Positions 42,061 through 56,754 of a stretch of 64,000 nucleotides of DNA are shown here, piece by piece. The stretch covers positions 72,199 through 136,198 of the forward strand of contig CAXHJY010000753.1 in assembly GCA_964016885.1 (NCBI GenBank), written 5' to 3'. A model generated the notes under the pieces. That model was not told where the DNA came from and ran no database searches. It saw nothing but the letters and a program-made list of their open reading frames with translations. Position 1 is the first letter of the stretch. The number at the start of each line of letters is the position of its first letter. A program made the translations under genes and the position numbers. The stretch comes from Eledone cirrhosa. Taxonomy: Eukaryota.

Positions 42061-43064
42061 CACATACATGTATGGAAAAAGAAGGATATATACATATATA
42101 TATATGTGTGTGTGTGGGGGGGGGGGGTGTACGTATATATACATACATAATACACACACTATATTGCAATGAATCAATGAAGGAAATATCATGAAATTAT
42201 TAAAGACAGTAAACATATTCTCCTGTGTCTAAATTAAAAATATAAATCACTGATAATAAACAACCCTGTAGCATTCTAATGACAGTTATTTTAATCACAG
42301 TAAACGATCAGTGGTTATAAACAAGATATTATAAAGCTGCGAGCAATTTTAATTCCCTTTTTCCTCTTCTTATCCTTGATTCGTGACGAAATGTTACTTT
42401 CATTGGTTGATTCTCATCACGTTTCCTTGTTGTTTTCTTCTACGTGTGTTTGATACGATCAGTAGGATAAAAAGAGGGAGCATTTTTTTCTAACCTCTTG
42501 TCATATTTTTAAGCATTTCTTTGATGAATTATAGAGTTGGTAGCCTATATTTATTATTTATTGGTTGCTTTATATTTATTCATCATTGATGAGTACGTTT
42601 ATGAGGTGTTTTGTTGTTATGTGTCTGTGTATGACTCTGATTTGTCATATTTTATATCGTAATTTGTTTTATCATTTTTTTACAGTAATAATTTATTGAT
42701 AATTTGAATTTATGAAATCATCATTATTTATAAAGTTGTTGTTTTGTTTGTTGCTTTTGTTCTTTTTGTTGTTGTATTTTTAATAACTAATATCCATCTC
42801 CTCTTTTTATATATCAACGATATCCTTTCCTTTTACATATCAACAGCTAGGGTATTTACGGGTTAGATGGTCTGTGTAGTCTACTATCATTAATGAAATT
42901 CATGGAACAATAAAGACTTCATTTATCTTTTCTCTCTTGTTTGTTCTCTTTCTATATATCTATATATGATAACAGAACACTGGTGGGTTATATCCGTAGT
43001 ATTAGACCACTCAGTCCATGGGACGAGTTTGGTTGAAGTGGTTCCACAACAGTTAGTTCACCAT

Positions 43065-43107
43065 ACCGAGAACAAACATTTCACCTTATTCGGATCCTCA
43101 GCTCGGT
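43065..43107 (-). ncRNA. Hammerhead ribozyme motif (family M)
   Basis: ACCGAG-CTGAGGA-TCC gaataa GGT-GAAA-TGTTTG-TT-CTCGGT, in a ~145-bp insert (42967-43110) between (TA)n. Confidence 0.65.
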
Positions 43108-43131
43108 CTAAATATATATATATATACATAC

Positions 43132-43268
<137 letters not shown>

Positions 43269-44029
43269 TGTGTGTGTGTTTGTGTGCACGTGTGAGGATT
43301 AGGGGAGCGCATGGCCTAATGAGGCTCATTCCTCCTTTTAAAATGGGAATCAGCTTCATACACATATATATATGTATATACTGATGTATGTATTCATACA
43401 TGCATATTTTTTATCAGGCATATTTGCACATATACCATAAACAATCCGCATTATAATTCCTTTCATTTTTTCAAGTTATTTCTTTATAACTATTTGAACT
43501 AAGAAATATCATCTAGTGGAAAAATGTATAACCATTGATGATTTATATTTTTTGTGTTAGTTAACCCTAAATTATATTTAGGCTACCAAAAATTGATCAA
43601 GCAGTGTTTTGTTCAAAGTATTCGAATTCTAAATTTCCCATCTGTTCGACTGAATCTGTAAATAACTTTATCAAAAGTGTTCTTTTCATTATGAAGACAT
43701 TAAAATTTTATTTGAGAAAAATGGCGTATTGTACTAGTATACCGATGGATCACATAGAAACTCCTTTGTTTACAGAGGAAATCTGTATCTAATCAGGACA
43801 ACTACTTGTTTAAATCCTTTCTTATGCTCACAAAATATCTTTCGTTGCCGAGTAGTGCCTACCCAGGCTTCCAATTTAAAAGTAGTATGTCTGGTTGTTT
43901 TAAACAATATCGCATACTTAAAGGTTTTGGCATTGTTCCAGTGATGCAATATCAACAACTGGACTTTCAGAAAAAAATACAACATGCATTTACTTTCCCC
44001 TGGTGAATAGCCAAATTTGATATATGATA

Positions 44030-44082
<53 letters not shown>

Positions 44083-44229
44083 GATAAATCTACCAAGAGT
44101 TTACGGTAGTGTCCAATCCGTATGAAGAACTCAATGTACAATTATAACACATATATACCCTAGAAACGATCGTTAAATAATGAACTTTTTTTGTTTAATA
44201 TAAGGAATTGTTTATTCATTATTTGTTTA

Positions 44230-44295
<66 letters not shown>

Positions 44296-44298
<3 letters not shown>

Positions 44299-44418
44299 GG
44301 TGGCCCAAAAGTCGCGATACATAAAAAAATAATTATGTTTTATAAGAAACAATTTATTCAAAATAAATAAATATGGAAACTTTAAAATATCCTATGTATT
44401 GCGACTTTTGGGCCACCC

Positions 44419-44420
<2 letters not shown>
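44296..44420. mobile_element. Tc1/mariner-type MITE
   Basis: TIRs CAGGGTGGCCCAAAAGTCGCGATACATA / TATGTATTGCGACTTTTGGGCCACCCT(A); TA flanks. Confidence 0.88.
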
Positions 44421-44452
<32 letters not shown>

Positions 44453-44499
44453 GATATATGTAAATAGCGGCAGAACACTGGTGGATTATATCCGCCATA

Positions 44500-44542
<43 letters not shown>

Positions 44543-44546
<4 letters not shown>

Positions 44547-44688
44547 AAAATGTTTGACCCCGACGGCAGAGCTCAAGCCGTTTCGACGGCTATTTCTGGG
44601 TCCAAAAATATTTCCCACTCTACTACCCTAAGTATTGAGTACTCTGGTGTGTTAGGGTCCATCTGGTTCCTTACAACACCTCATTCGT

Positions 44689-44690
<2 letters not shown>
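44543..44690. mobile_element. Family H terminus, inverted plus direct pieces
   Basis: GACCCCGACGGCAGAGCTCAAGCCGTTTCGAC then CCACTCTACTACCCTAAGTATTGAG...TTCGTT. Confidence 0.72.
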
Positions 44691-44721
<31 letters not shown>

Positions 44722-44787
44722 CTGCGTGTGTGTGTGTGAGAAATATACAGATGTGAGAAAAACCACAGACCCTCCATCTCAACCTTA

Positions 44788-44820
44788 CTTTTGAAAAGCA
44801 GAACTGCGAAACCGGTAAAG
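44788..44820 (+). ncRNA. Variant hammerhead (U3-A8), family D
   Basis: CTT-TTGAAAA-GCAG aa CTGC-GAAA-CCGG-TA-AAG; context 44748-44890 matches 22530-22679. Confidence 0.55.
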
Positions 44821-44963
44821 GGACCAAATAAATATATATATATTTTTTTTTAAAAGATTCCAGTTGCATTTTCGATTTCATCTTTTTTCCTTATACCTTC
44901 ACTCGTGTAGGACATCTCGGTTAATTTTGTTAAAAAAAAACTCACCTTCTAATATATATATAT

Positions 44964-45722
44964 ATATTAGAAAGTGAGTTTATATATACATACATACATA
45001 CTTACTATTAGAAAGTGAGTTTATATATACATACATACTTACTTACTATTAGAAAGTGAGTTTATATATACATACATACATACTTACTATTAGAAAGTGA
45101 GTTTATATATACATACATACATACTTACTATTAGAAAGTGAGTTTATATATACATACATACATACTTACTATTAGAAAGTGAGTTTATATATACATACAT
45201 ACATACTTACTATTAGAAAGTGAGTTTATATATACATACATACTTACTATTAGAAAGTGAGTTTATATATACATACATACTTACTATTAGAAAGTGAGTT
45301 TATATATACATACATACTTACTATTAGAAAGTGAGTTTATATATACATACATACTTACTTACTATTAGAAAGTGAGTTTATATATACATACATACATACT
45401 TACTATTAGAAAGTGAGTTTATATATACATACATACATACTTACTATTAGAAAGTGAGTTTATATATACATACATACATACTTACTATTAGAAAGTGAGT
45501 TTATATATACATACATACATACTTACTATTAGAAAGTGAGTTTATATATACATACATACATACTTACTATTAGAAAGTGAGTTTATATATACATACATAC
45601 ATACTTACTATTAGAAAGTGAGTTTATATATACATACATACATACTTACTATTAGAAAGTGAGTTTATATATACATACATACATACTTACTATTAGAAAG
45701 TGAGTTTATATATACATACATA
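44964..45722. repeat. 37-41 bp minisatellite, about 19 copies
   Basis: TATTAGAAAGTGAGTTTATATA(TACA)nTACTTAC. Confidence 0.96.
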
Positions 45723-46229
45723 GTTACATTTAAGTAAGTGCCGTACTAAGAGTGAGAAATGAAATTTCGTTTCATTCTATTCCATTTATCGTTTTCGGTG
45801 CGCCCGGCCGACTGAACTCACTCGATATGCAAATTAGGCTGCTCAGCCGTTAATATGCATAAGGAAAGTATATACTTTCAGATGTTCAACCATCTGGCAG
45901 GAAGGTATACGATGCTGACGATAGCTAATAAGCTTGAAACTAGTACATCGTTCCTGTGTCAGTGTTGAACAAAAAGGTGACGTGGTTGCCTAAACACTGT
46001 ACGGCGTAATTCAGGCTGTTTGTTTGTTTACAAACAAACAAACCGAGCATTATAATAAATGTTCGGTAAACCGATACGTGCATATATATATGTGTGCATG
46101 TATGTATATATATACATACTACTGTACGTCGGTAAACATATATGTATGTACGTATACATATATATTTACATTTAAGTAAGTGCCGTACTAAGAGTGAGAA
46201 ATGAAATTTCATTTCATTCTATTCCATTT
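45715..46229 (+). mobile_element. Family K partial tandem HHR unit, second locus
   Basis: TTACATTTAAGTAAGTGCCGTACTAAGAGTGAGAAATG at ~45724 and ~46166 (period ~442). Confidence 0.82.
45909..45951 (+). ncRNA. Type I hammerhead ribozyme (family K)
   Basis: Identical to 31863-31905. Confidence 0.85.
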
Positions 46230-46232
46230 ATA

Positions 46233-46280
<48 letters not shown>

Positions 46281-46285
<5 letters not shown>

Positions 46286-46503
46286 TAAAATAACAGATTA
46301 AAGTTTAAGCAAAGAAAAGCTGCTTTCACCCTTAACGGGATCTTCTGAAACTAAGACCCCGTTAAGGGTGAAAGCAGCGATTTTTTGCTTAAACTTTAAT
46401 CTGTTATTTCAATAAATATTTGCTCTACGGTTCTTATATATTTGATATATATTTATCCTTATCGAGTCCTTTTGGGATTTTAGTCTTCAATTTATTATTA
46501 TTA

Positions 46504-46505
<2 letters not shown>
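46281..46505. mobile_element. Short palindromic terminus with extension (family N)
   Basis: 46281-46338 is inverted relative to 46358-46416; pieces recur at ~32250-32360, 32540-32630 and 50462-50545. Confidence 0.72.
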
Positions 46506-46567
<62 letters not shown>

Positions 46568-46667
46568 TAATATATCCTATGTTTAATTAAAGACATTTAG
46601 AAGACCATACACTATCGGTTTTAAAGTACTGACTTTGTCACTTCTTTTTGGTGAAAGAAGGGAGAGA

Positions 46668-46709
46668 AGCTGACAGTCTGTTTCACGCTGGTTTGCGTTC
46701 ATCAGAACC
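46668..46709 (-). ncRNA. Type I hammerhead ribozyme (family J), intact core
   Basis: GGTT-CTGATGA-ACGC aaacca GCGT-GAAA-CA gac TG-TC-AGCT; GUC site. Confidence 0.82.
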
Positions 46710-47436
46710 ACGTATATATATATATATATATAAACTAATTGCAGCTACCCTGATACAACAGAGATATTTGCTGTGCCAGTGTGTTGATTCTGCTATCTGG
46801 GATATATTGACTTGACTCCTTTTACATTTCGTGAAACGATGACTTCAATAAATTCTAATATTATTTCTACTAATTTAGACTCCTTGTGTGCTGTGGTTTA
46901 AAAATATCTTTTTAATATTTTCAAACTGACAGAAATTGCATATAACCACTATATGTCTTACTGCTATTGTTTACGTAATGCAGACCATTGCTAAACTGAT
47001 ATAACATAGTAATCGTCGATCATATACCAAGCTGCTTGAGAATAAGCAGCTTCCTGAGATAAAACAGGCCCACGACACTGCTACAGCCGTAGTTATATTT
47101 ACAGTTGCTCTAAATATACAGTTACGTATTTAACCACATTTCCTACCTTGTGCCACCGAACCTGTAATTAGTCAAGGTAAGATGTATATTTTTACAGAGC
47201 ATTTGTTATTATTCCAATACGGCAAGGCCTAATGGATTCCCCTTGCAGTACGTACAATCTGGACACTCACACACACCTTGGTCTTATGCCAATACTATAT
47301 ATCATTTCACACCTTTTATTATTAAGGTTTTTGATGTTCTATTGAGAGAATCGTTTTTACTGAAAATATCGAATAATGTACACCATTTTTACCAGTATCA
47401 CAAAAATACTGGTCCACCCACACACACACACATTCT

Positions 47437-47476
<40 letters not shown>

Positions 47477-47513
47477 CACACACATACACACGAGTACATT
47501 AACATACAAAGAG

Positions 47514-47619
<106 letters not shown>

Positions 47620-47728
47620 CTCCGTATAAGACAAGAGCTGAAAAATATCTTTTAACATGTTAAAATATCCCCCACACACGTACAGACACATTCCTACTGA
47701 CCATCCCTCTACCACGAATTACTCTGCT

Positions 47729-47762
<34 letters not shown>

Positions 47763-48274
47763 TTGTCTTAATAGGCATTTGAACTGTCAGCAGGCTGCGG
47801 TTCGCACACACATCCCTGCTGACCATTATCACAACAACGAACCTCTTTACTACTACTACACACACACATATTTGTCTTGAAAGACTTATTTTTCAGTGAC
47901 TTCTCAATCAGCCGAGACAAACCTATATTTGGCGCAAAATCAATTTTTAACATTCACATGACCTCTACCGACCAATCAAAATTGTTTTGACCACAATCAT
48001 TTTTTCATACATCTGGAGCCACTTTTTTTACATATAACAGGTAGAATTTCCAAAACTAATCAGATTAGAGCAAACATCACGGGCGTTCTATCTCAAAATT
48101 ATTTTTGAAAAGCATTAGAAATGCACAACCGGTAAAACTTAAAATGAAAACTGAATACTAACCAATACTATTACTTATTCCTAATTAAACTATTTTTCAC
48201 TGGGAACAATTTGTCAGCATTTTCTTTTCCTTTTACCAATATATATATATATATATATAGTTTTAATATAGATG

Positions 48275-48325
48275 AGATTCTACAGGACTAGAACTGTTTC
48301 ATTCTTTAGAAATCATCAGGAATCT
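48275..48325 (-). ncRNA. Hammerhead ribozyme (family F)
   Basis: AGATTC-CTGATGA-tTTC taaa GAAt-GAAA-CAG ttctagtc CTG-TA-GAATCT. Confidence 0.8.
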
Positions 48326-48775
48326 GGGTATCAAAAAATAAATATGGTATTTATAGGTCTCTTCCGGTGGTAGGAGAGGGTAGAGAGTGGGATGGGTAGA
48401 GGTCATTGGTTGATGGAAAAGGGAATTCATTAAAAGCTAATTCTTCAAAGCTATAGTTTATATTTAGAGTAACAAAGGCAGAAAGAATTCTATAAACAAG
48501 TTCAGAATGGGGTGCCACTCCTTATTTTTAACTTTCTCTTAAGCTAACAATGCCTAGATTTCAGGTGTCTATAAGATCATTGAGGGTCAGTCATGGTTCC
48601 CATTCTGAACTTGTTTATAGAATTCTTTCTGCCTTTGTTACTCTAAATATAAACTATAGCTTTGAAGAATTAGCTTTTAATGAATTCCCTTTTCCATCAA
48701 CCAATGACCTCTACCCATCCCACTCCCCACCCTCTCCTACCACCTGATAAATACCATATTTATTTTATATTACCC

Positions 48776-48826
48776 AGATTCCTGATGATTTCTAAAGAAT
48801 GAAACAGTTCTAGTTCTGTAGAATCT
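48776..48826 (+). ncRNA. Hammerhead ribozyme (family F)
   Basis: AGATTC-CTGATGA-tTTC taaa GAAt-GAAA-CAG ttctagtt CTG-TA-GAATCT. Confidence 0.8.
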
Positions 48827-48908
48827 CATCTATATTAAAACTTTTATACTCTGCAATGTATTGAGTACCTTACTTACTGTGGTTACCTCCGATTCAACCC
48901 GGAATAAC

Positions 48909-48951
<43 letters not shown>

Positions 48952-48977
48952 ATGTATATATATATATATATATATTG

Positions 48978-49042
<65 letters not shown>

Positions 49043-49053
49043 GTATATATATG

Positions 49054-49132
<79 letters not shown>

Positions 49133-49133
49133 G

Positions 49134-49184
<51 letters not shown>

Positions 49185-49185
49185 G

Positions 49186-49252
<67 letters not shown>

Positions 49253-49257
<5 letters not shown>

Positions 49258-49472
49258 AACGAGTAGGACCCCGACGGCTGAGCTCAAGCCGTTTCGACGG
49301 CTAATTCTGGACGGCTAATTCAGTCCAGAATTGGCCGTCCAGAATCAGCCGTCGAGACGGCTTGGGCTCAGCCGTCGGGGTCCTACTCGCTCCTATTACC
49401 CACTCTACTACCCTAAGTATTGAGTACTTTGGTGCGTTATGGTCCACCTGGTTGCTTACCACATTTCCTCCG

Positions 49473-49475
<3 letters not shown>
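49253..49475. mobile_element. Family H palindromic copy
   Basis: 49253-49320 is inverted relative to ~49329-49396, then the family extension to (TA)n. Confidence 0.78.
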
Positions 49476-49518
<43 letters not shown>

Positions 49519-49616
49519 GGAAAAAATGAAACGAAATTTCATTTCCCACTCTTAGTACGGCTGTTACTTAAATATAATACATACTACTGTACGTCTGTAT
49601 GCATGTATGTATGTAC

Positions 49617-49654
<38 letters not shown>

Positions 49655-49656
49655 TA

Positions 49657-49804
49657 TTGCCATGCTTTCCAGCATAGTTACGTCCCTTTACGATCTGAAT
49701 TCAAATCCAGCCGAGGTTGACTTTGCCTTTCATCCTTACGAGGTCGATAAAATAACGTACCAGTAATGCACTGAGTATTTGCTGGCCTTGTGCCTAAAGT
49801 AGAA

Positions 49805-49843
<39 letters not shown>

Positions 49844-50010
49844 GGCAGTATCGGTAGAGGGTGGAACGTCATGCTTTGACGCATAGAGTTACGGCCCTTT
49901 CCATTCTGAGTTCAAATCCCGCCTTTCATCCTTACGGGGTCGAGAAAATAAAGTACCAGTAATGCACTGGGATAATTGCCTAACCTTTTGCCAAAAGTAG
50001 AAACAATTAT
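49657..50010 (+). mobile_element. Two 5'-truncated SINE family 1 copies separated by (ATT)n
   Basis: Same B box, central domain and 3' end as 39968-40159. Confidence 0.85.
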
Positions 50011-50296
50011 TATTATTATTAGAATGCTAGAATGCTGTTGAAGTGTGTATACATTTCTTTGGACACCCTGTATATATATATCATTCTAATAAAAAATATG
50101 TATATATTTTGGGGTACACTCTGTATATATATATAATCACACTAGTTTTGTTTGCCCCGTGTTTTCTTTTTTTTACTTTCTTCCACCCTTTGTTTATTTT
50201 AATTTATAATCTCACACGTTTTGTTTCTCACCTTGTTTTAGTTGCGTCCTTATTAACTCTCTCTCTCCCTCTCTCTCTCTTCTCTCATCATATATA

Positions 50297-50329
<33 letters not shown>

Positions 50330-50411
50330 CGTGTGTGTATGTGTGTGGGTTTGTATGTGTGTGTGTATGTGTGTATGTGTATGTGTGTTCGTATGTCTGT
50401 GTCTGTGTGTC

Positions 50412-50447
<36 letters not shown>

Positions 50448-50904
50448 TGTGTGTAATATATATTGCTCTATGGTTCTTATATATTTGATATATATTTTCC
50501 TTATCGAGCCCTCTTTGGATTTTAGTCTTCAATTTTATTATTATTACTATATTTATAATATATATATATAAACAGTATCTAAAACCATAAAGCCCTAAGA
50601 AAAAAAATCGCTTATGAACTTTGGACATACCACATGAGAATTCATCTACAACTTAGGCTTTTATGAGCATATCTAAGCCTAATTGCAAATCTGTTTATAT
50701 AAGTGCTTTTGCAACAAGGTATGAATCCTCTTGTGTTATAAACTCTTGTGCAGGGTACACCACAGTGTATATAAAACGTTGGTTATAAATGTGAAAGTTT
50801 ATGGCATAGATAAATATTTAAATCTTTTTAAATACATATATTCATAAATTACCAATTATTAGATTATTTCAAAATCTAAAACTATAAATTTCCATGATCA
50901 AGGC

Positions 50905-51490
50905 ATAATGACTTCCAATTTAGGCGTAAGTCCGGTAAATTTGGTACTTTGTATTATAGAGCCGGAAGGATGAAAGGCAAAGTTGATCTGCGCGGGATTT
51001 GAATGTAGTGAACAGAATTCTGCACTAGTATTTTATCCGACACTCTACCATTTCTGCCAAACCACCAGTTTAATAATATGTATAATTGAGGAATAACCGC
51101 ATGTATTTATTATTAACTACATTATAAGGGCGGTGGATTGGCAGTTTCGGTAGAGGGTCGGACGCCATGCTTTGCAGCATAGAGTTACGACCCTTTATGA
51201 TCTGAGTTCAAATCCCGCCTTATGGGGTCGATAAAGAAACCATTATTTACTACTTTATAGATGGCGGTTGGGAGTCGGCAGTATTGGTGGAGTGTTGGAT
51301 AAAATGTTTTTGTGGTATTTAGTGGTATTTAGTTCTGACTTTCTGTTTTATGTATTCAAATCAATCCGAAGTCAACTTTGCTTTTCATTCTTCCGGGGTT
51401 GATAAGATAAAGTACCAGTAAAGCCTTGAGTCTATATTATCGATTTTCCCAACCCTACAAATTTCTGGCCTTGTACTTATATTAAAAATC
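50905..51490. mobile_element. Cluster of three SINE family 1-related copies (50905-51065 minus; 51128-51235 plus; 51262-51490 plus)
   Basis: CTTTGCCTTTCATCC / GGGGTCGATAA / GGCCTTGT motifs. Confidence 0.75.
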
Positions 51491-52134
51491 ATTATTACCT
51501 ACATTACATACGGTATTGGTTTTATTAGAGAAAACAAACTTATTGTTGTTGATCTTAATGTTCATTATGTCAACGCCAAGCTTGTATTGAAAATAGCTAA
51601 ATTACTTATAGAAGTTGAGGTTTACTATTCAATTTAAGAAGTAATCTTTATATGCTTAACTGAGAAATGTCTTGTTTTGACACCATAGTTTTTCTGTGGT
51701 TATATCCATAATATTCAAATCATAAAAGAGGGCATTCCAGCACATACGTTTCAACACAACCTCGAGTTTCTGAAGTAAATTCCGCATTAATTAATATTAT
51801 ATCAATTTATAATAACCCCAGAGATATAGCATAATGAAATATATCGAATAATATAAAGGAAATGATGTTTGAAGATAAATCAGGTATAAGATATAATTTA
51901 TTATATTATAGCTCTGAATTTAGTTTAATTAAATCTATAAATCTGTCTTTCTATCTCCCTATTGAACGGTCTGCTGTCTATTCATACGCACACAACCATG
52001 TATACTCTTACACACATTCACACACAGATTGATATAAACACGCAGATACAAACACAAACAAATACACATACACAGGTACATGCACACGCACATGTACACA
52101 CACACGCATACAGTGTCATATGTAAATATATATA

Positions 52135-52230
<96 letters not shown>

Positions 52231-52904
52231 AGTGCGAACTCGCTATATTTATGATAAAGTATTTGACTTGTTACATGTTACATATGTGCATGGATATGTA
52301 TGTATATACTCATAGAGAGAGAGATATAGCTAGATAGATAGATAGAGAGAGATAAACTGCTACAAGCTGAGACTAGTAAAACTATTATTCAACTTAGTAC
52401 TCCATACTTTAAGTAATGCAGATTGTAGATAATATAAGATAGATATGCCCTACGGTCTAGCTTAAACCGTTTCGGTGGCGATGTGTGTAAAATCATATAT
52501 TTGTTCATATGTATGTGTATGTTTATAACGCAGAATCTTTACGCTTAATGCAGATATCTACTGTCAAAATATAAATATGCTTCCAGTAATATTAAGTAAT
52601 CTATTCCAGTTCGGACTTTCACCTTCCTGTTGTGATTTGATGTATTTCAAAGAGCAGTAATAAGAATATGAGCAACATTCTCTAAGAAAAAAACATACCC
52701 ATTTCTTTGCAGATTCCTCATATTCATATTTCAGGTAAAAAGCAAAATATTATCTTAGTGCTGACAGCTCACTCAATTCTCCTTGAATGATAGAATGCTG
52801 TGACATCTTAGAATTTTATTCACTCAAATTGCTTTTGTTGTTGTTGATGCTGCTGTTGTAGTCACTAGTACATTTACATTTTTCTCATTGTTTATTGAAA
52901 GTTA

Positions 52905-53325
52905 TTGGAGTAGCTAACACATTAGAGCGGCGGAAAGAATATTTCGAGCTATGGAGTTACGAGATCAAATTCCGCTGGTATATCTTTGACCTTCATTGAT
53001 TTAAATAAAGTACCAGTAGCTACTATAGTTAATTTAACAATATATGGCAATATCTTCACAAAATATGGCAATATCTCGCTTATGTTGGAAGTTATTCTTA
53101 GTATTGTTGTTATTTCAGGGTATATTAAAGTCGCTAGAGCACCAGATACATGCGTATCAGTGTTTGATCCGAATCTTTAAGTTCTGCGTTCAAATCCCGC
53201 TGAGGTCAACTTTGCCTTTTGTCCTTCCGTAGTCAATAAAATAAAGTACCATTCAAATACTGGCTCGATTTAATCGACTTGTGTCTGCTTCAATCTTTGC
53301 TCGCCTTGTGCCTAAATTAGAAGTA
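52905..53325 (+). mobile_element. Two old SINE family 1-related copies
   Basis: GTTCAAATCCCGCTGAGGTCAACTTTGCCTTT...AATAAAGTACCA...GCCTTGTGCCTAAATTAGAA. Confidence 0.7.
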
Positions 53326-53926
53326 AGTATTAGTATTATTGTTTTCATTATGGTGATGAATGTGGTGATATTATTTCCTATGTGCATTTTTTATCTTTAA
53401 TATTTCTGAATAGTTATTATTTCCGTCATTTGTAGTCAAAATCATTTTTTAATCTCTTTTTTTAGTTTCTTTCGTAGTAATCTGTGGTAATTAATACTAG
53501 TATAGCTATTCTTACATAATTAAAAATTAATCTACAGCTGTCACTCGCAAACGAGTCGCACATGATACTATGCACCATAATTTCAGTAAGGGTTTTCAGT
53601 CAAGTATCAATGCTGTTCCAAGCAGAAACAAAAACCTTCTTGACCATTCTTTCTTTGATCCAGCAAAGTATTCAGAATGTGACAGCTGAAAGGAGACGGG
53701 AACTGCATTAAGTTGGTATTTTCTATAATAAACACAATGATTAAAAGCGAAATGAAACACTGGACAAAATTCGAACTTAGAAAGCAGAGAACTAGAACTA
53801 ATATCCAACGTTCTAACGTCAATGTTTAATCGACTGCCTCATTAAGAGACCTAATTACTGATAGTATAGTCTGGGCTTTGGGGGGGTTTTTTGCTCGTGA
53901 TGTTGCTGTTCGGTTACTTTTTTCGG

Positions 53927-54852
<926 letters not shown>

Positions 54853-55066
54853 ATACTGATATTCTAATTGAAACTTTCTTTGACTAAAGATTATTTTATA
54901 TTAATTTCTAACTAGAGCCAAATATGATATGAGAAAACCTGTCGTCGCCATTTTTTTTCTTATCATTTCTGAAAGTCATTTAGGATAATTCTCCGGGAAT
55001 AAGATTTTTTTTTCCTTCGTGTCATTTTTTTTTATTTCTATATCTGCACATATACATATATACACA

Positions 55067-55114
<48 letters not shown>

Positions 55115-55115
55115 C

Positions 55116-55160
<45 letters not shown>

Positions 55161-55248
55161 CACATATATATATATATATGCATTCACACATATATACACA
55201 CCCACGCAAACACACACACTCTCACACACACACATACATATATTTGTG

Positions 55249-55329
<81 letters not shown>

Positions 55330-55466
55330 ATGTATTTGTATTAATGCGTGTGTATTTACTGGTTTTCGTAACAACAAGCCGAAGAGAGAGTGCTTTCAAA
55401 GGAATACTGAACACTATGTAGTAAAGGCATAATTTATCATTATTTGACATAATTTAGCCTTACAAG

Positions 55467-55620
55467 AGGCGCCTGATTGGCAGAGTAGTAATCAATGTTT
55501 TGTGGAATTACTCCTCACTTCTCTGCAATCTGAGTTCAAATCCCACCGAGGTATACTCTGAAATTCAACTTTTGGGGCTCGATTTAAAAAAGTACCAGTC
55601 AATTAGAGGAGTCGATGATT
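55467..55620 (+). mobile_element. Diverged SINE family 1-related copy
   Basis: GGCGCCTGATTGGCAGAGT...GAGTTCAAATCCCACCGAGGT...AAGTACCAGT. Confidence 0.6.
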
Positions 55621-56057
55621 CTTATACTGTATCTCTCCCTCCCACTCTCTCTCTCTCTCTCACTTTCTCTCCCTGGTGGAAATCTACTACGTTGACACCT
55701 GGAAATGGAATGGGTTCCGACAGACTTAATATCCGCCCTTACGACTGCATAAGGAGTTACGTATCCAAACATACTCAGTTTCAGAAATGATATTTGTATG
55801 CAAAGCATTATTTTCGTAAATTAACAATATAGCCAGTCAAGACATGTTTGTACATTTCATTAGCTCAAAACCTAAAAATCGATATTATATCATAACATTT
55901 TCTTTGTATATTTGTTTAATCGTAAAATAAATATGTTTATGTAATACCACAATTAGTAAAACTTTTTTTCGTAATCCTAATAGTTTTGAAGTTTAGATTA
56001 TGTCGAAGGCTTATTTCCCTTAGAGTAAAGTGCAATGATAAGTATTGATTACTAAAA

Positions 56058-56250
56058 GGGCGGGGGATTGGCAGTATCAGTAGAAGGTCGGACGCCATGC
56101 TTTGCAGCATAGAGTTACGCCCCTTTATGGTCTGAGTTCAAATCCCGCCGAGGTTAACTTTGACTTTCATCCTTATGGGGTCGATAAAATAAAGTACCAG
56201 TAATGAACTGGAAATAATTGCTGGCCTTGTGCCAAAAGTAGAAACAATTA
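56058..56250 (+). mobile_element. Full-length SINE family 1
   Basis: As 39968-40159. Confidence 0.9.
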
Positions 56251-56334
56251 TTTATTAAAATACCTTAGCAGGTATTTTTAGATTCGCTCATAATAGTTAA
56301 ATTGATAGCAAAAATAGAAAGAACTAAAGACTGA

Positions 56335-56720
56335 CACTTTCCTCTTCGGCCAAGCCTTCATCAACTTTTTCAAATTCCACTTGGAAAACAAGAAGAGTGC
56401 TGAGAGGAAAGTGCCCCACCACCACCACTTGTTAAAATGTGGGTGTATTTAGCGAGAATGACCCGAGTGAATTGACCTACTCTGAGCATGCACCTGTAGT
56501 TCAAAGCTTTTTTGTGAATAGGTTGGCTTCTGATCTTTGGGGTTCCCAAACTAACCCTAATTGATGCTCCCCCTATTGGGGAATTCTTTTGTTATTTATT
56601 TATTGTTACTTGTAACCTGTTCTCCTGTTCTCCCTTTTACACGTTTTCTGTAGATCCCCACGGCCCCTGTTCTTTTGTATTGTCCTTTATGTTTAGACCC
56701 TAGTGGCTAATAAAGAAAAC
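56335..56720 (+). mobile_element. 3' fragment of Tx1/L1-clade LINE
   Basis: FINFFKFHL..K...ERKV and 3' UTR CCCCCTATTGGGGAATT...CCCTAGTGGCTAATAAAGAAAAC, as at 62750-63138. Confidence 0.85.
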
Positions 56721-56754
56721 AATATTATTGTTATTATTATATTATTATTATTAT

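Larger units (their letters stand above)
48260..48910. mobile_element. Inverted-repeat HHR element, family F
   Basis: 48260-48509 is inverted relative to 48600-48841; ~90-nt spacer; extension 48842-48910; (TA)n flanks. Confidence 0.86.

Noticed and set aside
44964-45722. CRISPR-like regular array
   Set aside because: No unique spacers (only the TACA count varies), no cas genes, eukaryotic context
50042-50125. Tc1/mariner-like ends GGACACCCTGTA and GTACACTCTGTA
   Set aside because: No matching left TIR found; too short to define an element
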